From IMG/VR virus record IMGVR_UViG_3300025133_000034: a stretch of 64,000 nt of DNA. One strand, 5' to 3'. Shown in pieces: positions 57,721 to 64,000 of this stretch. Both the position numbers and the translations under genes were made by a program. The DNA is from an uncultured virus (IMG/VR IMGVR_UViG_3300025133_000034). Its lineage: Duplodnaviria; Heunggongvirae; Uroviricota; Caudoviricetes. The notes under the pieces were generated by a model. It searched no databases. It was given only the letters and a program-made list of their open reading frames with translations, and was not told the DNA's origin. The stretch's first letter is position 1, and the number at the start of each line of letters is the position of its first letter.

Positions 57721-59574
57721 CTATTCAACTTCACTATATTTAACACTAGTGTTATTGCGTCCGTCCATGGTGATGATAGGAAAACGTTTTTTTATAGTTT
57801 TTCCTTTGATTCTATTTCTTTCATCATCAAAATCACTCTCAATAGCAGTAATCATGGTGCCGTCTTCCCTAACAACAGCTTCGGAAGCTTGTTCATTATT
57901 GTGCTCAATTCCAGACTTTTCTTTTCTTTGAATTCCGTGCCAATAATTCATTCTTTCTTTGTCTCTCTCTACTTGTTCTTTGTATTTTTTCTTAAATGGC
58001 TCCCGGGCGGGAGCACTCATACCATTCAATAAGTTGCTCAACAGCGCTTTCTCTACTTCTTCATAAAACATTTTTCTTTCTTCTACGGCATCTTCTCTAA
58101 CAAAAGAAGCCCTTAGAAGACCATACGTTAAATCCCCTCTTGCAGAAAAAATTTGTTTAATGAGACCGGTCAAGCCAAAATTATATTTTAATGAATAATC
58201 TACAATAGAAGGTATCAATTTTCTTTGTATCAAAAAGTTTTCAGGAGATTCTAATATGCGATTTAAGCTAATAGCATTTCTTATTTTATCTTTCCATTCT
58301 AAAAGTTTTGCATACGTGTGGTCAACTTCATAAAACGGAACGCCACCATCTGTTAGCCAGTATTCATCATCGATGACACCATAGTCTTCAATTTCCATCT
58401 TGGCTTCTTTAGCTATAGTAAATAATTCTGTCCCGGGATATATACCGGCCACACCAATGTCATCATAGTATATATATTGCATTTCTTGCAATTCTTGCAC
58501 AAAATCTATTGTCTCATCTATTGTCTCTTCTGACTCACCAGGAAGACCTGCTATAAGAAAGGTGGTGGTTTTTATACCAGTTTCTGAAAATAATTTTCTG
58601 CCATGACGAACAGACTTATGAGTTAATCCCTTTTTCATTAACCTCATTACGTGTTCCGAGCCTGATTCTAGACCAAAAAGAACATGCACAAATCCAGCTT
58701 CTTTCATCAACATAACAACTTCTCTAGAGATTGGTCGAAAGCGAGCGCTGCAAATAAAATTTGTTTTGATGCCTCGCTTAATTATTTCTTTGCAAAACTC
58801 TATTGTTCTGTCCTTCACAATCATAAAAGCGTCATCATGAATCCACACCGTGTTGATTGAGGGGTGATTAATTAAAATTTGTTCTACTTCATCGCATATA
58901 TTGCTAGCAGAGCGACATCTAACTTTACGACGGCTTGCTGCGTCTAGAACGCAGAAATTACACTTATACGGGCAGCCGCGGCTAGTAAGAAGGCCGGCAA
59001 TGTCTTTCCCCTCCCAAATAAAAAGCTCATGCTTGGGAAATGGAAGTACATCGAGATCAGCAATCAGGGCGCGGGCGCCAGTTACTACAACTTCTTCTTT
59101 ATTTTTATCATAGTAAGCTATGCCTCTGACATCATCGATCGGCAATCCATTTTCCCACCTCTCCATAAGCTCGCCTAGTGTTACCTCTCCCTCCCCGACA
59201 ACACATATGACCTCAGGATAAGCTTCAGCCAGCTGGTGATACATAACACTGACGTGCATCCCGCCAATTACAATTTTAGTATCTGGCGAAATTTTCTGAA
59301 TTAATTTAATTAATTTATAAGCGCCGACGCGGCTGTGAGTCATCATAGAAATCCCCACCACATCAGGCTTGAACGTTTCTATGTCTCCCTTGAGGGTCTT
59401 AAGACATTTCTCCATTGAGACATTGTTTAAGAATTGTGTTTTGATATTGTAGCCCCTGTCTAGGCTCTCTAGGTAAGAATGTAGATAACCCAATCCTAGT
59501 GGATAGTGGCTGTCATGATCATTCTCTATTCTATGATCTTCTTCTATAGTAGTACAAGTTAATAATATATTCAT
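57721..59574 (-). CDS. Cobalamin-binding radical SAM protein (class B methyltransferase-like)
   Basis: B12 domain YPLGLGYL, PDVVGIS, IVIGGMH and GEGE; TSRGCPYKCNFC (CxxxCxxC); FGLESGS and IAGLPGES. Probable ATG at 59574. Confidence 0.9.
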   Translation of the reverse strand: MNILLTCTTIEEDHRIENDHDSHYPLGLGYLHSYLESLDRGYNIKTQFLNNVSMEKCLKTLKGDIETFKPDVVGISMMTHSRVGAYKLIKLIQKISPDTKIVIGGMHVSVMYHQLAEAYPEVICVVGEGEVTLGELMERWENGLPIDDVRGIAYYDKNKEEVVVTGARALIADLDVLPFPKHELFIWEGKDIAGLLTSRGCPYKCNFCVLDAASRRKVRCRSASNICDEVEQILINHPSINTVWIHDDAFMIVKDRTIEFCKEIIKRGIKTNFICSARFRPISREVVMLMKEAGFVHVLFGLESGSEHVMRLMKKGLTHKSVRHGRKLFSETGIKTTTFLIAGLPGESEETIDETIDFVQELQEMQYIYYDDIGVAGIYPGTELFTIAKEAKMEIEDYGVIDDEYWLTDGGVPFYEVDHTYAKLLEWKDKIRNAISLNRILESPENFLIQRKLIPSIVDYSLKYNFGLTGLIKQIFSARGDLTYGLLRASFVREDAVEERKMFYEEVEKALLSNLLNGMSAPAREPFKKKYKEQVERDKERMNYWHGIQRKEKSGIEHNNEQASEAVVREDGTMITAIESDFDDERNRIKGKTIKKRFPIITMDGRNNTSVKYSEVE

Positions 59575-59579
59575 TTTTC

Positions 59580-60530
59580 TTACCATCGCCAATTATCTTT
59601 ATAATATTCAACAATTTTTATTATTTCCTCATCAAAAGACTTCTTTGGCCTCCAGCCTAGATTTTTTATTTTTTCGTCATTTAACGCATACCTTACATCT
59701 TGACCGATGCGAGAATAAGAGAAGTCTATATGTTCTTTATAGTTTTCTCTATCTCCATGATATTGCACAATAATCTTTCTAACAGTATCTAGGTTCTGTT
59801 GTTCAAAATTACCAGCAACATTATAGACTTCATTAAAAAAACCAGAATTAATAACAGTTATAACTGCAGCTGTAGTATCATCAACATGTAGCCAGTTTCT
59901 ATAAGGGGTACCGCCATTATGCAGCCGTATTTTTTTACCTCTCATGAGATTTTTTACTGACAATGGAATAAGTTTTTCGGGATATTGCCCGATACCATAA
60001 TTGTTAGTTGGGCGGAGGATGTTGTAGCGAAGGCCATATGTTCTGGCCCATGCTAGTATCAGCATATCTGCTGCAGCTTTTGACGCAGCATATGGGTTAC
60101 TAGGGTATAAGAGATCTTCTTCTGTGTGTTCGCCATGATTGATATCCCCATATACCTCATCTGTGCTAAGATGAAGAAAGGCAGGTCGCGGATTACAATT
60201 CTCCTGCTTATGCCGAATAAGTTCTAATAGATTCTTAACTCCTAAAATATTGGTATTTATAAAATCATCGCTTGATACAATACTATTTCCAACATGAGAT
60301 TCAGCTGCATAATTTACTACATAATCACAATCGTAAAGATGTGTGAGGCTTCTTATATCCTTCCTTTCGAAAGAGAAGTTTTCATAACTACAAAACTCAT
60401 CAAGCAATTTAGAATTAGCTGCATAAGTCAGCTTGTCAACGCCATAAACTTTCCAACCAAGTTTTAAGGCAGCTCTTGTAAAATGTGAGCCCATAAAGCC
60501 TAAACATCCGGTTACATATATTAGTTTCAT
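59580..60530 (-). CDS. rfbB: dTDP-glucose 4,6-dehydratase-like
   Basis: TGCLGFMG, DKLTYA, AAESHV, STDEVYG, PYAASKA, NNYG..QYPEKLIP and RIGQDVRYA. Confidence 0.92.
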   Translation of the reverse strand: MKLIYVTGCLGFMGSHFTRAALKLGWKVYGVDKLTYAANSKLLDEFCSYENFSFERKDIRSLTHLYDCDYVVNYAAESHVGNSIVSSDDFINTNILGVKNLLELIRHKQENCNPRPAFLHLSTDEVYGDINHGEHTEEDLLYPSNPYAASKAAADMLILAWARTYGLRYNILRPTNNYGIGQYPEKLIPLSVKNLMRGKKIRLHNGGTPYRNWLHVDDTTAAVITVINSGFFNEVYNVAGNFEQQNLDTVRKIIVQYHGDRENYKEHIDFSYSRIGQDVRYALNDEKIKNLGWRPKKSFDEEIIKIVEYYKDNWRW

Positions 60531-61855
60531 TGTAACTCCTTGAAAAACGTGTCGACTATTTTTTTAATATAAGAAATTTTTTGTTCAGTCATGCCAATAA
60601 ATGTTCCCAAAAAGAAAGAGCTAGTAGTTACTAAATGGGCGTTTTTAAACGTGTTTCTAAGGTCTGTGTAGTCGTCCCTTAAGTGCATATAGCCTGGATG
60701 ATACATAATATTACCAGAAAAATAAGATCTAGTTTGAATCTTATTTTTCTCCAAGAAGGAAACAAAATCATTTCTATTAAATGGCGATTCTTCTTTAATA
60801 GTTAACAAAAAAGCAAACCAATTTGGATCAGAGTTCTCTGTTCGCTCCGGCAAATGAAAATATTTCTCATAAGGCTTGAAAACTTTTAAAAGCTTTCGAA
60901 AATTCTCTCGACGGGCTTCATCTAGAACAGGAAGTTTCTTAATCTGCTCTAGGCCAATAGCAGCTTGTAGTTCTATAGGTTTTAAATTATATCCAATTTC
61001 ATCAAAAACGTATCTGTGGTCGTAATTAAATTCAGGTAAATCCGGGAGCCATGGTTGAAGCCTGTCTCCGCATGCAGTATCGGAGACAACGCAGCCGGGC
61101 TTTCCAGTATTGCAATAGCATGCGCGGCCCCAGTCTCTAAAACTAGATAACGATTTTCTCATTGCGCCTTTGTCTGTCGCGATGAAGCCGCCTTCGCCCA
61201 AGGTCATGTGATGTGCCGGAAAAAAAGAACATGTTGAGACGTCGCCAAAAGATCCCAATTTTTTGTCTCTATAAGTAGAACCTAGAGCGTCACATGCGTC
61301 TTCGATAAAGATTAAATTATGATCATCTATAATACTCATCAAGCGATCCATATTTGGAGGATTTCCAAGTACATGCGCGAACATTATTCCTTTAATGCCG
61401 GGATCTTTTTTCAATATTTTTTCTACTTCATCTAGATCTAGATTTAAATCTGGCAATGTCACATCTACAAAGACCGGCTTCAGATTGCATTGAATTAAAG
61501 GATTTATAGTAGTAGGAAAGCATACAACAGGAGTTATAAATTTATCTCCATCTTTTAGGCCAAAATGAGATTTTACTGCAGTCACGGCCAGCAAATTAGC
61601 TGAGCTTCCTGAATTTGTCAAGGATCCATATTTTTTTCCTAAGAATTTCGGAAATTCTAATTCAAACTCCCGAGACTTCTTACCAAAAATTAACCATTCA
61701 TCCAAAAGGCTATCAAACGCCGCGGTATACTCTTTTTCATCGAAATGAGGTCCGGAATAGGAAACCCAGTCTTTTCCTGGTACCCAGGAATCACATGACC
61801 TTTTCTCTAGAATATATTTTTTTACTAGATCTAATATCTCTCGTTTTGTTACCAT
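60527..61855 (-). CDS. rfbH: NDP-4-keto-6-deoxyglucose 3-dehydrase (E1, RfbH/DdhC)
   Basis: NSGSSANL, HVLGNP, EDACDALG and SFFPAHHMTLGEGG (His replaces the Schiff-base Lys); DWGRACYC...C...C Fe-S ligands; GYNLKP. Confidence 0.9.
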   Translation of the reverse strand: MVTKREILDLVKKYILEKRSCDSWVPGKDWVSYSGPHFDEKEYTAAFDSLLDEWLIFGKKSREFELEFPKFLGKKYGSLTNSGSSANLLAVTAVKSHFGLKDGDKFITPVVCFPTTINPLIQCNLKPVFVDVTLPDLNLDLDEVEKILKKDPGIKGIMFAHVLGNPPNMDRLMSIIDDHNLIFIEDACDALGSTYRDKKLGSFGDVSTCSFFPAHHMTLGEGGFIATDKGAMRKSLSSFRDWGRACYCNTGKPGCVVSDTACGDRLQPWLPDLPEFNYDHRYVFDEIGYNLKPIELQAAIGLEQIKKLPVLDEARRENFRKLLKVFKPYEKYFHLPERTENSDPNWFAFLLTIKEESPFNRNDFVSFLEKNKIQTRSYFSGNIMYHPGYMHLRDDYTDLRNTFKNAHLVTTSSFFLGTFIGMTEQKISYIKKIVDTFFKELQ

Positions 61856-62640
61856 TTCCCCTCATGCGTTTTTTTAAGAGCCGTAATAGTCTCTTCTAAT
61901 CTAACAAATATATCGCTGCTAATTATCTTATTCAAATATTCTGTATTCTGGCCAAAATAATTATCAATACTGGGCTCAAGGATTTTAACACCTGCTTCAG
62001 TGATGCATCTTTCTTTTATTATATTAGCTATCTCGTGTAATGTCAAGCTAGTCCTATAGCTACAATCTACGCTTTTTTTTAAGTTATTGTTATTAATATA
62101 ATAATCAATTAAAATTAATAAATCTTTCATATGAAAAAAATCCATTTTCTTGTCTTTGTGGACTATTATCTCCTTTCCACCTAGCGCTCTATTGACACTT
62201 GCTTTAATGAATCGTGTGTTGATTTCATTTTCATCAAAAAGACCATAAATTTTGATATTATAAAAAGAATCTAAGTCTTCTATAAGTAAGCCAATCGCTT
62301 TTTTGCTGATACCATAAAAACTAGTAGGCTTATCTTGAGCGCCTGATCCAAAATGAATAAACTTACCATATTTAGATTTGTGTCTTAGCAAGTTACAAAA
62401 CATCTCTAGATTGTCTGAAACGATGCTTTCTGTTTCTTGAATTAAACGACTGCCGCCCACAACGGCTGTATGTATAACGACGTCACAGCTAAAGCCTTTA
62501 AAGTAGCCATCAACTTGTTCTTTGTTCGACAAGTCACACACAGCTCTATTTAGCCTGAATATTTGATGTCCTTTACTTTCTAAGTAATTGCTAACAGAAG
62601 AGCCAATATAACCATTTGATCCTGTAATCAATATTTTCAT
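61849..62640 (-). CDS. NAD-dependent sugar epimerase/dehydratase/reductase (SDR)
   Basis: ITGSNGYIG, HTAVVGG and YGISK. Confidence 0.85.
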   Translation of the reverse strand: MKILITGSNGYIGSSVSNYLESKGHQIFRLNRAVCDLSNKEQVDGYFKGFSCDVVIHTAVVGGSRLIQETESIVSDNLEMFCNLLRHKSKYGKFIHFGSGAQDKPTSFYGISKKAIGLLIEDLDSFYNIKIYGLFDENEINTRFIKASVNRALGGKEIIVHKDKKMDFFHMKDLLILIDYYINNNNLKKSVDCSYRTSLTLHEIANIIKERCITEAGVKILEPSIDNYFGQNTEYLNKIISSDIFVRLEETITALKKTHEGKW

Positions 62641-62641
62641 T

Positions 62642-63118
62642 TTACCTCTTGAGATTCAAGTAAGTAGGCATGTTGTTATTTATTAGGTTGTCAAAATTTT
62701 TGTCTAGCTCATGCTCTGTTCTAGGATGCATGGTAATGACGTTTTCGAAACACTTCATTATTTTTTTGTCGTCTTCTGCCCAATGAGAAAATCCAAGATA
62801 TCCATAATCTCTATCGCGACCACCGCCAATTAGCTTGACAGGTGTTTTTTCATGATCAAGATAGTTTCTTATTAATTCGAAAGGACGGTATAACACAAAA
62901 GGAGTTATAGAATATACCACTGGTATCTTTCCTTCCATGGCCATTCCTGTTGCCGCTCCTACCATCAACTGTTCGGACGAACCAAAGTTATAAAAGCGAT
63001 CGCTATAGTCGATTCTTATGCGATCCCACAGACCATATCCGAGATCACCCGTTAATAGAATGATATCTTGGTTTACACTCATTTCAGAATGTAGCTTTTG
63101 ACTAAAGTGTTTTCTCAT
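62642..63118 (-). CDS. Transketolase-like pyrimidine-binding subunit
   Basis: LLTGDLG, FYNFGSSEQLMVGAATGMA, RPFELIR and GFSHWAEDD. Confidence 0.88.
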   Translation of the reverse strand: MRKHFSQKLHSEMSVNQDIILLTGDLGYGLWDRIRIDYSDRFYNFGSSEQLMVGAATGMAMEGKIPVVYSITPFVLYRPFELIRNYLDHEKTPVKLIGGGRDRDYGYLGFSHWAEDDKKIMKCFENVITMHPRTEHELDKNFDNLINNNMPTYLNLKR

Positions 63119-63749
63119 TTTCTATTAACTTCTTACCTAGTTTATAATCGCTTTCGCTCATTATGTGATAATGTGCATTTAAACCTTTTAAAAATGGAAA
63201 AGCACTCACATCAGTATATACAATGTTGATTGTTGGTAGAAAAACTTTTAGCCTATCGACCAAATATCTAGTATCTACTGAGCCATATGCTGCGTACCCA
63301 TTAACATTAACATATACTTTTATATTTTTTAAGTTGTTTTCCCATATGAACTTTAATGCCTCCCATATACTACCTTCTGCGCACTCTCCATCACTTATAA
63401 GGCAATATACATCCTGGTCTTTGTTTGATAAAGCACGACCGACTGCAACTGTTAGTCCCAACCCCAAACTTCCTGTTGAGCAATAAATCTTATCTTCTTC
63501 ACACAAGTGTGGATGGCCACCATGTTTTGCGAACAATTCTGCTGCATCTAAATTGCAATATTTTTCTAATACTGCGTATAGTGATAGTGCGCAGTGGCCA
63601 CAAGACAAAATAAATTTATCTTTTTCTAAGTCCATCTCGGAATAGATTTCGTCAATGATTTGCAAACTAGAAAAATATGATCCCAGATGAGAAAGCTTGT
63701 TTTTATAGGCAATTTCTAAAACTCTTTCTTTTAATTTTACATCTGCCAT
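63102..63749 (-). CDS. Transketolase-like N-terminal TPP-binding subunit
   Basis: SHLGS, FILSCGH, GHP, STGSLGLG and the TPP motif SDGECAEGSIWEA...N; GGAGG before the ATG at 63749. Confidence 0.9.
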   Translation of the reverse strand: MADVKLKERVLEIAYKNKLSHLGSYFSSLQIIDEIYSEMDLEKDKFILSCGHCALSLYAVLEKYCNLDAAELFAKHGGHPHLCEEDKIYCSTGSLGLGLTVAVGRALSNKDQDVYCLISDGECAEGSIWEALKFIWENNLKNIKVYVNVNGYAAYGSVDTRYLVDRLKVFLPTINIVYTDVSAFPFLKGLNAHYHIMSESDYKLGKKLIENEKTL

Positions 63750-64000
63750 TTCTTCCTCCAATAATCTTGTATCATCTGATCATAGTTTTTCCCTTCTCTA
63801 TGCACATTCCAAGTTGCTTGCTCGGGATGCCATCTATAGTTATAGCCTGTAAATTTATGGGCTGGCCAAATAAATATATCTTTATCAGCTAGTTGGCAAT
63901 ACAGATCATAGTCTGCGGCGCCACCATAAACTTCTGGCTTAGTAGTCAGCATATTTTGCTCAAAGAGCTTTCTACTATAAACAACAGTTGGGCTATTAAC
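63737..64000 (-). CDS. GT2-family glycosyltransferase, C-terminal part (truncated by the window edge)
   Basis: The frame is open to 64000: VNSPTVVYSRK...AADYDLYCQL...YNYRWHPEQAT, a typical GT2 C-terminal half. Confidence 0.75.
   Translation of the reverse strand, partial: VNSPTVVYSRKLFEQNMLTTKPEVYGGAADYDLYCQLADKDIFIWPAHKFTGYNYRWHPEQATWNVHREGKNYDQMIQDYWRKKWQM

Noticed and set aside
1..64000. Stop-codon reassignment (alternative genetic code), as seen in some jumbo phages
   Set aside because: Standard-code ORFs tile the window densely, and TAA, TAG and TGA all end genes at sensible boundaries.
1..64000. tRNAs, CRISPR arrays, introns, inteins, DGR template/variable repeats, IS elements
   Set aside because: Intergenic gaps are under ~85 bp, and I saw no repeat-spacer pattern, reverse transcriptase or transposase. 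The terminase and primase have normal lengths. A computational scan could still find subtle cases.
55907..64000. Bacterial O-antigen locus, i.e. a host-prophage junction
   Set aside because: Same strand, similar composition and overlapping gene junctions continue into the phage sigma and baseplate genes; no att site, integrase, wzx or wzy was seen. An assembly chimera cannot be fully excluded without reads.

Overview
This 64-kb window is part of a large, AT-rich, T4-related (myovirus-type, probably jumbo) bacteriophage genome. All credible genes lie on the minus strand and are tightly packed or overlapping. In transcription order (high to low coordinates) there are five blocks. (1) A nucleotide-sugar and glycosylation cluster: partial GT2, split transketolase, NAD-dependent epimerase, RfbH/E1 dehydrase, RmlB-like dehydratase, B12-radical SAM, a second glycosyltransferase and an Fcl-like enzyme. 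(2) Small genes and a gp55-like sigma factor. (3) A ~43-kb baseplate/tail module: a gp5-like protein with an M15 peptidase, a spike protein, a 3297-aa giant, gp25, gp6, a DNRLRE/CBM96-like protein, a LamG+MAM gp7-like protein, and several large or tail-collar-like proteins. (4) A RuvC-like resolvase, a primase and an Mre11-Rad50 fusion. (5) Holin- and spanin-like genes, putative internal head proteins, the large terminase and a partial portal. The most interesting signals are four. A [S/T]-[G/A/S]-S tripeptide is heavily iterated in only some virion proteins, in the same region as a glycosylation pathway, which suggests a sequon-based virion glycosylation system. The palindrome GCCGGC is over-represented in a frame-independent, HIP1-like way. 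Many short GC-rich in-frame patches occur mainly in virion genes. An ACTATTTA-type motif sits at a fixed distance before late genes and is a candidate promoter. All calls come from motif recognition by eye, counts are approximate hand counts, and no database search was run.
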